Of a stretch of DNA of 64,000 nt, positions 1-12,236 are shown in pieces. Numbering within the stretch: the stretch's first letter is position 1; every line of letters starts with the position of its first letter. The notes under the pieces are model-generated. The model did no database searches. It was not told where the DNA came from and saw only the letters and a list, made by a program, of their open reading frames with translations. Source of the DNA: Octopus sinensis (Eukaryota); NCBI RefSeq assembly GCF_006345805.1, contig NC_043013.1, forward strand, positions 44,826,001 through 44,890,000. The letters run 5' to 3'. The position numbers and the translations under genes are program-made.

Positions 1-200
1 ATGAAAACACAAAGAGAAAACACAACAACGCGAGGACGTGGAACAAGTATAGTGTTATTGGATGCTCAGGAAAGGAAAGAAAGAAGGAGAATTTAACGTT
101 TCGAGCGAAGCTCTTCGTCAGAAACATAGGAAAAGGAAAGAGCCAAGGAAAGGAATACGGAGGCAAAAAATCGCCAACGGTACACACGCGGTCACATTTA
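1..200 (-). mobile_element. Penelope-like terminal repeat (pLTR) with minimal hammerhead motif at 92-125
   Basis: Near-identical copy at 4790-4972, diverged copies at ~660-820 and 32460-32620. Minus strand gttt-CTGACGA-agagc ttc gctc-GAAACGTT-aaa. Confidence 0.55.
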
Positions 201-1231
201 GGTTTTTTTGGGGTATGTGTATGTATTACTAAATGTATATTATTTTTCTGATGTTAGTTCTTTGTAAATGTTTTTTATTTTAAACGGACATATCTTTTTA
301 ATTTATTTTAATTTGTTTTGCCATTAATTAATTTACCCTGGATATACCGATATTTTTCCTTCTACTAAAGCTAATTTTTGATTTGAGCTTTTCTTCGATT
401 TTTATAATAGGATTTTAAATCGTAATTGTAATTTCACATAACCGGTTATTGAAAAGACTTTTAGTTGAAAGAACCAATGAAACAAAACCATTTTCAAACG
501 TGTATCTATCAACGAATTTATGCATATAGCCTTATTGTTGTTCCATTCTCAACCAAAACTGTCCAACGAATATGGGAACGTGAAACTCTGAGAAACAGTT
601 TTTGTGATGTCTTTGTAACTTTATTAATAATATATATATATAGTCAATTCAAATAAACGGATATAAACGGACAACATGAAGACGAGCATGGAAAATGCAT
701 AAACTTGACGCTCGGTGAAAGGAGAGAGTTTGATGTTTCAAACAAACCTCTTCGTCGGAAAGGAGAAAAGAAAAAGTCTAAAGAAGGAGAAGAAATCACC
801 AAAGGCACACGTGTAGTTACATATATAAACATATATACATAAATACATACATATATTGTACTTCTTCAAATTAATACAACACTACATTAACGCCTAACGG
901 AAACCAACAGATCGGACAATATAATCTGAGATACACGATACTCGGGACAGTAACGGAGTGATCATCAAACACGTTTGATAATTGGTTAAATATGTCCAGT
1001 CACCATCCTCACAAAGCAAGCTCAGTGGGGTTACCAATAGTGCTCACAAGCAACCTGACATATATATATATTTAAAGGGCTAAAAAACCACTACGTGGTT
1101 AGCCATATGCTAGAAGTAGATCACCTGAGATCAAACTACAAAGAAAAGAATGTTCTCTAGAGAAAAATTCAGCGGACACCAGAACAATATGCGGGCAAGA
1201 CAGGTGAAAATTATATTAAAAAACAAAAATT

Positions 1232-1312
1232 AATCGCAGACCTGGGTTTCGCCTATTAACGAATGAATCACTTATGTAATTGTAATCGTCCGTAGGGCTC
1301 GTCAGTACGATC
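1232..1312 (-). ncRNA. Type I hammerhead ribozyme motif with extended stem II
   Basis: Minus strand: gatcgta-CTGACGA-gcc...(long hairpin)...ggc-GAAA-cccagg-TC-tgcgatt. 7-bp stem I, intact core, GUC cleavage triplet. Confidence 0.7.
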
Positions 1313-1626
1313 GTTCCACAGGTAATATAATTTGTAAAACTAACCACCAGTTTTCCGTATAAAAACAGACACGTGCATAGTTTCACCGATTACATTGGGG
1401 TTAATTTCAAATATCTGAGTTCTGGCGCGCTAAAATTCCGGTTTTTTAGCCCTTTAAATATACACATGTATTAGAATTTTCTCTGATTCTTCAGATTTTT
1501 GTATGCTAAGCTACTCGTTTTAAATTGATATTAATTAAATTAATATTCAATTTATCTCCCTCATTATTTAAATGTTAAAATAATTTATATATATATAAAT
1601 ATATATATATATATACATATATAAAC

Positions 1627-1684
<58 letters not shown>

Positions 1685-1987
1685 GTGTGTGTGTGTGTGT
1701 GTTGTATATATTCTTTCGTATTTTTTCATTTGTCTTGCTTATTTTTACACTTTGGTTTTTTTGCTGAATTTTTTCTTGAGAACACATTCTTCGTGGAAAA
1801 TTACGATTTTGACGTCTATATCTAGCATAAAAGATGTCCACTTTTAGTGGTCAGTTCTCTGAATATATATATATTATCTTTTACTTCTTTACGAAATCCA
1901 ACGGCGAGAGAGGGGTCTAAGATGGCGGAAGTACGTTTTCCCAAAACTGGGATCTTTCTAAAGAGAGAAAGAAGATATTCTTATTAC

Positions 1988-2215
1988 GTGTTGCCGTGGT
2001 TGTCGGTAAAGTTGTGGTTGTGGTAGTTGGCAATGCTGTGGTTGTAGTTATGGAACCTGGTGTACATTCAGCAAAGACAGCTGGGTAGCAATTTTTTTCT
2101 ATGTAGTCAAAGAGTTCGTCTGGACCGCACGATAGTTCAACTTCAACGTTGTTGATGCATTCAAAATATTTCTTGCAGTCGTTTTTATTGGGTCTTCTGC
2201 CAGTACTTTTACAAG
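1988..2215 (-). CDS. Exon: CBM14 module 5 with Thr-rich linker (gene continues beyond window)
   Basis: ctgtcctttcag|CT TGT...ACA C|gtaata; 228 nt: (P)CKSTGRRPNKNDCKKYFECINNVEVELSCGPDELFDYIEKNCYPAVFAECTPGSITTTTALPTTTTTTLPTTTAT. Confidence 0.92.
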
Positions 2216-3654
2216 CTGAAAGGACAGAATAGAACTGAGTAAACAGAAATACTGCACGATAATATGAACATACGCATATGTACATATAAAACATTTATGT
2301 TAAGCCTTCAGTGGGTATATATACCAACGTATAGATGTACGAATGCAGTAGGATATAACATATATGAATCCTCTTCGGTTGTTCTGTCAACTGAACTGCA
2401 TGTTCACTAAATTAGCGTACCAGTTGCCGAGTATTCCACAGTCATGAGAGATAACATTCACGTAATCCCCGGGGAGAATCATCGTGTGCCATCGTGTAGC
2501 ATAGTGTGGCCTCCCACTCGGCTACACTATGCTAAAAACTATGACACGCACACAAGTTGTATACACATATACACACAGAAGCATACACACATATACACAA
2601 ACACTCACGCATACACACACACACACACACACACCACACAAACAAACAAGGACATAAACGCATGTGCACATCAGGATACACACCTTGGAAGAACGGAATG
2701 GAGTAAGTGAAGGAAGAACACACACGAAAGTGAAAAGTGTCGCTGAAGAGGTCACAGGTGTGTGACGAAAGATTTAGGGACAATGGACATGAGTTAAAAG
2801 AGTGAAGAAAAATATATAGTACGTGTGTTTATTTGGCAAAAAAAATGACTAACACGAAATACAACAATGTCTGTTACAACACACGATTTTACATCAGGAA
2901 TCTTGCAAAACGAATTTATAACACACAACACACACACACACATACATACATACACAGATATATATATATATATATATTAATATATATATATAATATATAT
3001 TATATATATATATATGAGAGTAAATCCAAACTTACAGGGAAAAATTAGATTTAGGATTAAATCAAATTTCACAGTATAAATATAAATTAAATTAGAGATA
3101 AAACCACTATTAGGCAAATCAAACAGTGAAAAACATAAACCAAAACATAAAAATAAATATAATTAATATAATATACAAAAAAATAAAAACTATAAAATTT
3201 AAAATTAAATTATTTAAATTTAAAATTTTTATATATTTTTTATATTTTTTAAATTTTAAATTTATAAATTTTTAAACTTTTAATTTTTTAATATTTATAT
3301 TTAGATTTATTAATTTTTTTAATATATAACTGTCAAAAGGTATTAAAAAGTTTAATATAATATAATAAGTATATATATATTATATATATATCTTTTAATT
3401 TAGTTTATGGGAAACGTTTTAAATATGCAAATAAAGCTCCTATTTTATTATGCCGGCCACAGTTTAATGATGTTGACTGATGAACCAGTTCTTTGGGGTT
3501 GCATCGAGCTGGTCGAGTTGCAATGACCACAGATACTACGGACAGCACTATAATCATCCCAGGAACACGGGCCGTGATCTTAAGGGACATGTTATTTGTG
3601 GAAACGCGCGTAGCGATACATTAAACGTTTATAAATTCCATCCAATGATTTTTG

Positions 3655-4200
3655 TTATTATTATTATTATTCAGTAGTTTTATTTTTATAGCGTACTTTC
3701 ACTGCACTACCGAGTGCAGCTCTGTGTGCATTGAGTATGTGCTGTGGTTTGCTGTGATTCTCTTATGGTTACTGTATTGAAAGTGTTTTACTTAGGATGT
3801 GTACAGTGTCTAAGTACTGCTATTTTCTGTATGTTATATAAACTTGTAAGTCCTCGTGTTTTTGCTATGTATTTGAATGTTTTTATCATACCTAATGCGC
3901 CTACTATGATAGGAATTGTTTCTGTTTTTAGACTCCACATTCGAGTTACTTCAGTTTCCAGGTCTTTGTATTTTGAAAGTCTCTCCATTTCTTTTAGAGA
4001 AACGTTGTCATCTGTTGGTATTGATGCATCAATTAGAAAGCATTTTTTCTTCGTGACCTATGACAACTATATCTGGCATATTGGCCTTAATTTCTTCATC
4101 TGTGTATATTGACATATCCCATAGTATTGTTTTCTCATTTTCTGTGACCTCTTCTGGCGTGTGCCTATACCATCTTTTTTCTGTTGTTATTCCATATTAT
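3655..4200 (-). mobile_element. R4/Dong-type non-LTR retrotransposon 3' fragment (restriction-like endonuclease)
   Basis: ERLSKYKDLETEVTRMWSLKTETIPIIVGALGMI; both ends abut (ATT)n; near-identical 3' end at 19665-19985. Confidence 0.8.
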
Positions 4201-4205
4201 TACTA

Positions 4206-4270
<65 letters not shown>

Positions 4271-4552
4271 TGTGTGTGTGTGTATGTATGTATATACAAT
4301 GCTGTTACATCATCAACATTTGTTTATTCTACGCAAATGAGGTATATAGTATATGAGATATAGTACAGTATATAATATATATATAGTATATGTTATACGA
4401 TGTTACCAAATCTCTAAGAAGCAAAAAGAATAATAGGTGAATCCCTGAAATGGGAACAATTAATTATGAAACGAATGAGTAATTTTCTGTTTACTTAAGG
4501 GACCCTGTACTATACATATTTCAGGTGTTCTGATTTACGCTTCGTTCTATAC

Positions 4553-4612
<60 letters not shown>

Positions 4613-4789
4613 AACGAATTTCCAAATCAATCAGGTATAACCTTTTAGCATTAAATGCATCTGCATTTCGTGCAGTGGTGTCTTGATTATAATATATTTA
4701 TATATATTTATCTGAAATAGAATACCCACATATCTATTAATACCCAAAACTGAATTATATATATTTATATATATATATATATATATATA

Positions 4790-4972
4790 AAGTTAATCCA
4801 AATAAGAAAGCACAAAAAAACACAACGCGAGGACGTGGAACAAATATAGTATTATTGGACGCTCAGGAAAGAAGGAATGAAGGAGGGTTTAACGTTTCGA
4901 GCGGAGCTCTTCGTCGGAAACATAGGAGAAGGAAAGGCCCAGAGAAGGGAAGACAAAGGAAAAAATCGCCAA
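4790..4972 (-). mobile_element. Second copy of the Penelope-like pLTR, inserted in (TA)n
   Basis: Shares acgcgaggacgtggaacaa...tttaacgtttcgagc..agctcttcgtc..aaacatagg with 1-200; flanked by TA repeats on both sides. Confidence 0.6.
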
Positions 4973-5037
4973 TATATATATATATATATACTATATTATA
5001 TAAATATATTGGATAAAGATAGTTATGGCCAGTCTAT

Positions 5038-5098
5038 GGGGTTACCCTGGGTTTCACATTCATAAACCGCTTAATTTTACGGCGCCTCATCAGACCCT
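5038..5098 (-). ncRNA. Type I hammerhead ribozyme-like motif (weak stem II)
   Basis: Minus strand: gggt-CTGATGA-ggcgccg...aatgt-GAAA-cccaggg-TA-accc. Confidence 0.5.
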
Positions 5099-5320
5099 AA
5101 TGGCCGGTGGCCTATAACCTCTCTTCAAAGTGGAGAGAGAAAAGACCTCGTAGCTAGTTGCTCAACGCACTGACAGTGGAATTGAGTTAAACGCAAGTGA
5201 TTGTCTGTCTTAGACCGCTATTCGTAATCGACGTGGTTGGCTTGTAGGTTCCAAGACTTCAGTATGAATATCCCGAAGTGTACATGAGAAAGAATTAAAA
5301 GAAAATGTATGTTATATTAC

Positions 5321-5524
5321 GTGGAAGAGTAGTAGTTGGTAATGCCGTGGTTGTAATTCTGGAGCCTGGTTTACACTCAGCAAAGACAGCTGGGTAACAA
5401 TTCTTTTGTTTGTAGTCAAATAATTCGTCTGGCCCACACGATAACTCCCGTTCACCATCAGTTTTACATTCAAAATATTTCTTGCAGTCATTTGGGTTGG
5501 CTCTTCTGCCCGTATAATTACAAT
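5321..5524 (-). CDS. Exon: CBM14 module 4 with Thr-rich linker
   Basis: ctgtccttccag|AT TGT...CCA C|gtaata; 204 nt: (D)CNYTGRRANPNDCKKYFECKTDGERELSCGPDELFDYKQKNCYPAVFAECKPGSRITTTALPTTTLP. Confidence 0.92.
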
Positions 5525-7225
5525 CTGGAAGGACAGAGTAGAAGAGAGTAAAAATACAAATGCAAAATGTAACACAAAATGTAACGACATACACATACGC
5601 ATGCGTTGGATTATCACAGTCGGCAGATTATCGGAGAAACGATTTAATATTTGGTTACATCTCTTAACGTTTCATGTTCTAATCTTGACGAGATCTATTA
5701 TGACTATTTTGACTTCCCATCTTCCTGGCTCAATAAGAGCAATTATCAGAAACGTACTGTTTGGTCGATATAATAGACTAAAATCCTTAAAAACATGGTC
5801 CTTACACGGCCGTAGTCCAATGACTGAAGCCAGTAAAAAGAGTAGAATACATACTTATATTCATACATATGTTTTAACATTCATACATACATGCATATAC
5901 ATACAAAAATCCAATGGTCGTACGCTATTTGCTGAATGCTTCCCAAACCTAAAAATCCTTTAGCTAGGCCTTTTCTAAGTCGGATTTTGGCTCTTTATAA
6001 TAAACATCATACTGCATATTTTCTGTACCAGTACTAGTAAAACTACCTTTGATACTTCACAGACTTATAGAGAAATCTAGCTTACGACTTCGGTCGCTCT
6101 TCTAGTTTTTTTCCAGTGTACGGCTTTTTACAATTCTGTTAATAACACAAAAGAATCCCGAACAAATCTCCTAAATGCAACTTCTGTTTTAAGAGCGGAT
6201 GAGGGTATAAACACTAGTAGACACAGTGTGTCTCTTAGGACACAGTGTCTGCTGCTATTATAAGCTTTTGAAGATTGATAAAAAAAAGAAAGACTAATAA
6301 TAAAATCTCTAATATTAATACCCTTTCTATAGATGCATTTTTATTTCGTTTTGTACAAACTTGCACTCTCACAGCATTTCATAAACTCAAATTTTTTCTT
6401 ACCTAATTCAGTCTAATTTCTGTAATATGCTCTGGCATTTAATTAAGGAAGAAGGTAATATCGGACTGACATGCCATTCTATATTTAAGTAGTTAAGCGC
6501 TTCATTCAGGGAAATTTCATTCTGATGCTGTTTTAAGTCTTTGTTCTGTGTTCTCGATCGGTAAAATTACTACACACATGAGACGGATGTAAGCTAATGA
6601 TGGAGGCCAAAATAACCAAGGCATTCCCAAACAGTATCAATGCTGCAGGTCAATGTTGGAACGAGCAATGCTGTCAGATGTTGAAACCGTTATGGTCGCC
6701 AGTCGACAGCTGATGAAGGGAATCTTCCGCAGCGCAAGTCGAATGTAAAATATATAGTATTGGGTATAATTAGAGATAGCCAGATCTAGATGAAGTGAGA
6801 AGGTATCTGACCATCGATCAAAGAACTCACCATCAGTATCTTGTTCCGGAGTTGCGCATTATCCATTATCAAGTGACTTAATTTTCATGTGAAACAGTGT
6901 AAAGAAAACCTATCTGTCGTTGTTCTTAGATGTTGTAGTCGTAATTTTTGGTGGCAGAGACTGCGAGGGTTGAAACTTGTTGCAACAACACACTGCCCTT
7001 CATCTATCCACGTAGTCTCACATCTTTTATTTTTTTACTTGTTTCAATAATTCGACTGTGGCCATGCTGGGGCAATGCCTTGAAGAAATTTTAGTCGAAC
7101 GAATCGATCCCACTACTTATTCTCTTAAGCCTGGTACATATTCAATCGGTCTGTTTTGCTGAACCACCATGTTACGGGGACGCAGGGGACAAATATAGAC
7201 AGAAAAACACACAAGCATAAATGTG

Positions 7226-7270
<45 letters not shown>

Positions 7271-7288
7271 TGTGTGTGCGCGTGTGTA

Positions 7289-7319
<31 letters not shown>

Positions 7320-7492
7320 CGCGCGCGTGTGTGTGTGTGTGTGTGTTGTGGGTGTGCGCGTGTGTGTGTGGTGTGTGTGCGCGCGTGTGTGTGTGTTGTG
7401 TGTGTGTGTGTGCCCGCGCGGTGTGTGTGTTGTGTGTTTGTGTGTGCGCGCGCGCGTGTGTGTGGTGTGGTGTGTGTGTGTGTGTGTGCGCG

Positions 7493-7530
<38 letters not shown>

Positions 7531-7998
7531 AATGTATGTATGTATACGATGGGCTTCTTTCAATTTTCCGTCTACCAAATCCACTCACAAGGCTTTGGTC
7601 GGCCCGAGGCAGTAGTAGAAGGCACGAACCCAATGTGCTACGCATGTGGTTGGGAAACAAACTTCTTACCACACAGCCATTGGTTAGTATTTTTTTCTTT
7701 TTTTTTGTTTCTTTCGGCAGTTTCCTAAAGCAACACCCTTCCTACTCGACCAGACGAGCATAGAAAAAAAATCCACACAGAAATACACACCAAGTCGACA
7801 ACACCGAGCTAGGATGCTATTCCTCTCGATTCATAGCTGGATGACGAAACTAGCAATGAATACAGGGGAATAGCAACTGCTGCACCGTGAACGAGAACAC
7901 CGTGCCTGCCTCCGCTGTGGCTACCACCCGAATTTGCGGGAGGAACAATAAATTAGTCACTGGGTATAGTGCAACACTGCAAGAATGGCACAGTATTA

Positions 7999-8451
7999 GG
8001 ATTTTTTCGGTTTGAACGGCAGTTTTTTCTAGCGGTGTCATATGAAATTGTCATCCATAATTATGACCCTAGTATCGATCTATTGCATTTCAATCTGTTT
8101 TAGGGTTAGGGTTAGAGTTAGGTTTAGTTAGGGCTAGTTAGGGTTAGGGTTTGGGGTGGGGGAAAGGTATCTTTTTTTCTTCACAAATGTAAATAAACCC
8201 AATCTGTTTCTTAAACGAGGGTCATATTCATACGGCACAGAATGTTTTCACCTCAATAGACGTCAATGATTGGTTGAAATTGCAGAAATTGAAGAAAAAA
8301 ACAACAAATATCTTACAAACTATAGAATTCTCTCAATAAAGCCATGAGAAAAAGATGTTTTATAAACACATTCTTCCAGTATACGAAGTGTAAAAGTGTT
8401 TAGTTACGTGGAAATTATTTTTAAAAACTGCCGTTCAAACCGGAAAGATCC
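7999..8451 (+). mobile_element. Merlin-like MITE with internal TTAGGG repeats (copy 1)
   Basis: ~28-bp TIR GGAT(C/T)TTTTCGGTTTGAACGGCAGTTTT; 8-bp TSD cagtatta/cagcatta. Confidence 0.8.
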
Positions 8452-9968
8452 CAGCATTACCTTTACGAATTATCACAGCATTTCCGAGTGTACCGTATAT
8501 ATGAGCACACAGATATAGACTGGACAGTTGGGGAAGTACAATATATCCTAACTATTACACTACATCCCCTTACGATTCATAATTACATGTCACAGTTCGT
8601 CCTCAGCTAAGCAGAGATATCGCATAACTTGCGTACCGTTTTCTGAGTATCGTTTCTCGTTGTACGACCGACTGAATCCTCGATAGGAGCTGAACTGGGC
8701 CTACACAACGATAACAAGAAGGCATTTTTTTATAACACCATACTCTAGTAAAGCTTCTCAAATGGACGAATTAAGGATTAATCATTCAATATGGTAAATA
8801 TTGAGTAACTGGTGAAAATATGATTAGCTAATTGAGAGTTCAAATTAACAAAGTTCTTTACTTATAATTATGAGGAGAAGGATACTGGCCACCCTTGATG
8901 CACCCAAAATAAAGGATTTTTTAATAATTAATCTCTTCTTCTCGGGAAGCAATTCGTAACTGGATTGCGCTTTAAAGGAATGTATTGCTATCTTATAATA
9001 ATTGTGCTTGTAGTTGCGTTACAAGAGGGACAAGTGATTGGAGGAACATAATGTATATTACGTGGTTTAAAAAATTAGCTGAAGATAGAGGAAGAGAGTT
9101 AGAAATATAATTTTAGCCCAAGGTGCCATGCAGTGGCACCTTGGACAAGTGTCTTCTACTATTGCCTCGGGCCAACCAAAGCCTTGTGAGTGGATTTGGT
9201 AGACGAAAACTGAAAGAAGCCCGTCGTATATATATGTATATATATGTTTAGGAGTGTGAATATGTTTGTGTGTCTGTGTTTGTCCCCCCCACCCCGCCCA
9301 ACATCGCTTGACAACCGATGCTGGTGTGTTTACGTCCCCGTCACTTAGCGGTTCGACAAAAGAGACCGATAGAATAAGTACTAGGCTTACAAAGAATAAG
9401 TCCTGGGGTGGATCTGCTCGACTAAAGGCGGTGCTCCAGCATGGCCGCAGTCAAACGACTGAAACAAGTAAAAGAGTAAAAGAAAAAAAAAGAGAGGGAT
9501 GATGTTCTGATGGTGAGGTTAAAGAAAGGTAAAGAGAGTGGAGAGAGAGACAGAGAGAGAGATGGTGATCGCGGCGGTGGTAGTGGTGGTGGTAGTGGTG
9601 GTGGTGGTGGTGGTAGTGGTGGTGGTGGTGGTGGTAGTGGTGGTGGTGGTGATCGGTTCGTGAAATGTGCATTTTTTTTTAATTTGAACTAATTTTTTTA
9701 TATCACCAATCACCTAACGCATGCGCATAAGTGCAACTCCTTGAAATATTCAAGCTTATTTACCTGGCAGATATATGCAATTTAACTAAAGGTTGTATCA
9801 GGTTGTTTTTTGTTTTGTTTGTTTTTTTTCTTTTGGAGAAAGCTTTCAGAAATAACCCAAGAGATTTACCATTAATTCCGTGAACTATTCACGGGTCCCT
9901 CTAATTATAACTAGACTGCAAGCCGTATTGCATTGGGTCACTACTATATGCTGATACGAATACGTTAC

Positions 9969-10130
9969 CTTTACGTATGCACTTAGCAAAAACTGCTGGA
10001 TAACACTGTCGTTGGTCGCCGTCGAAATGTTCATTTTGGCCACATGACTTTTCAACTTTAACTCCAGAGATACATTCAAAATACTTGCTACAATTGAACA
10101 GGTTGGGTTCTCTGCCAAGGAAATTACAGC
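9969..10130 (-). CDS. Exon: CBM14 module 3
   Basis: ttatttatag|GC TGT...AAA G|gtaacg; 162 nt, phase 1-1: (G)CNFLGREPNLFNCSKYFECISGVKVEKSCGQNEHFDGDQRQCYPAVFAKCIRK; 6-Cys peritrophin-A spacing. Confidence 0.9.
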
Positions 10131-10398
10131 CTATAAATAAATATATAAATAAATTAAGTTCATTGATTAAAGAATAATTTTACTTATATATTAAGGCGGC
10201 GTGTTGGCAGAAACGTTAGCACGCCGGGCGAAATGGTTAGGAGTGTTTCGTCTATCTTTACGTTCTGAGTTCAAATTCCGCCGAGGTCGACTTTCCCCTT
10301 CGGTGTCGATAAATTAAGTACCAGTTGCGTACTGGGGTCGATTTAATCGACTAGGTCCCCTCCCACAAAATTTCAGACCTTTTGCCTAGATAGTAAAA

Positions 10399-10439
<41 letters not shown>

Positions 10440-10443
10440 TATA

Positions 10444-10508
<65 letters not shown>

Positions 10509-10509
<1 letters not shown>

Positions 10510-10887
10510 GCACAGGAGTGGCTGTGTGGTAAGTAGCTTGCTAACCAGCCACATGGTTCCGGGTTCAGTCCCACTGCGTGGCGTCTTGGGCAAGTGTCTT
10601 CTGCTATGGCCCCGGGCCGACCAATGCCTTGTGAGTGGATTTGGTAGACGGAAACTGAAAGAAGCCTGTCGTATATATATGTGTGTGTGCGTTTGTGTTT
10701 GTCTGCCTAGCATTGCTTGACAACCGATGCTGGTGTGTTTACGTCCCCGTCACTTAGCGGTTCGGCAAAAGAGACCGATAGAATAAGTACTGGGCTTACA
10801 AAGAATAAGTCCTGAGGTCGATTTGCTCGACTAAAGGCGGTGCTCCAGCATGGCCGCAGTCAAATGACTGAAACAAGTAAAAGAGTA
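10509..10887 (+). mobile_element. tRNA-derived SINE family A (representative copy)
   Basis: A box TGGCTGTGTGG, B box GGTTCAGTCCC, internal TA/TG tract, gtaaaaga tail. Other copies: 30391-30836, 45346-45763, 48829-49250, 59385-59791 (+); 7033-7680, 27168-27977 (-); partials at 9138-9480, 32210-32400, 42449-42575. Confidence 0.9.
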
Positions 10888-11752
10888 TATATATATATAT
10901 GTAAACTTGTGAATGATTGAGAAATATTTTGATGAATTTTTATTTAACAATAAAAGAAAAGTCTTAATATGTGTGTGTATACGTATATAGTGGCTATATT
11001 TTTTGGTATGTTTTACAATTAAACACTTCCTGGTAGCTGGTATGTATCAGCCGGTTTCATTCGATGACAAAAAAGACTGTTATTTTTCCATATTCAAAGA
11101 AGATACAGCGACTTCTTAAACTCTCTCTTTCCAGAGAATATCTTAAATAATCTTTTCTACTCTGGGCTCAAGGCATGAAATTTGGTGGAGGGGACTAGTC
11201 GATTACATCGACCCCTATCTTTCACTGATATTTAATTTACCGACCCCAGAAGGATGAAAGGCAAAGTCGACCTCGGCGGAATTTGAACTCAGAACGTAGC
11301 TGTAGACGAAATACAGCTAAGCATTTCCCCACAGCGTGCTAACGATTCTACTAGCTCGCCACCTTGAAAATATCTTAAATAATATCAACAAAAATATTCT
11401 TAATTTTCGTTGGAGAAATTGGAAACAAAATAAGTAAACTTACATAGAAGCAAAACATTTAAGTTATGAAAGTAATAACTATTCTTTTTACAATAGGCAC
11501 AAGACTTGAAATTCTACCCGACTAGGTAAGTCGGGTGCATTGATCCTGGTGCCGAACTATTGCGTATTTCATTGACCCCGAAATATAAAGACGGCCCCGC
11601 ATATAGGAACAAATATAGGGACGAATAGCTACTAAGTATTTTGCCTGGCGTGCTAACGATTCTGCCAGCTAGACGAATAATAATAATAATAATTATTATT
11701 ATTATTATTATTATTATTGCCCGAAACAATGAAAGGTAAAGTTAACTCCGGC

Positions 11753-12130
11753 GAAGAAGGAAGGAAGGAAGGAAGGAAGGAAGGAAGGAAGGAAGAAAGA
11801 AGAAGAAGAAAGAAGAAGAGAAGGAGGAGGAGGAGGAGAGGAGGAGAAGGAGAAGAAGAAGAAGAAGAAGAAGAAGAAGAAGAAGAAGAAGGAGGGGAGA
11901 AGAAGAAGAAGAAGAAGAAGAAGAAGAAAAGAAGAGAAGAAAAAGAAGAAGAAGAAGAAGGAGGAGGAGGAGGAGGAGGAGGAGGAGGAGGAGAAGGAGA
12001 AGAAGAAGAAGAAGAAGAAGGAGAAGAAGAAGAAGAAGAAGAAGAAGAAGAAGAAGAAGGAGAAGGAGAAGAAGAAGAAGAAGAAGAAGAAGAAGAAGAA
12101 GAAGAAGAGAAGAAGAAGAAGAAGAAGAAG
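11753..12130. repeat. Polypurine (GAA/GGA/GGAA)n microsatellite
   Basis: ~380 bp of almost pure A/G; source of spurious poly-E/poly-S ORFs. Confidence 0.97.
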
Positions 12131-12236
12131 CAACAAAGATAACGAGTAAAACTTATTGACTTGATTATGTACTGAGCCGATGCGAAAAGATAAGACAAGG
12201 AGTTGAAGAATTAACGCAATGACGTCATGGATTTAC

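Noticed and set aside
3570-3620. GAAACGCGCGTAG Penelope-hammerhead-like end
   Set aside because: No CUGANGA core upstream; at best a decayed relic.
6680-6735. GAAAC...GTC...CTGATGA hammerhead-like words
   Set aside because: Stem I and stem II do not pair in any permutation.
8100-8162. Interstitial telomere or chromosome-fusion scar
   Set aside because: The TTAGGG tract is an internal part of a multi-copy MITE.
9764-9785. Possible 22-nt exon with CAG|GTAAAT donor
   Set aside because: Poor acceptor; frameshifts alone and gives an immediate stop when joined to the 17-nt candidate.
11653-12198. Poly-S, poly-E and poly-F ORFs
   Set aside because: Translation of a (GAA/GGA)n microsatellite.
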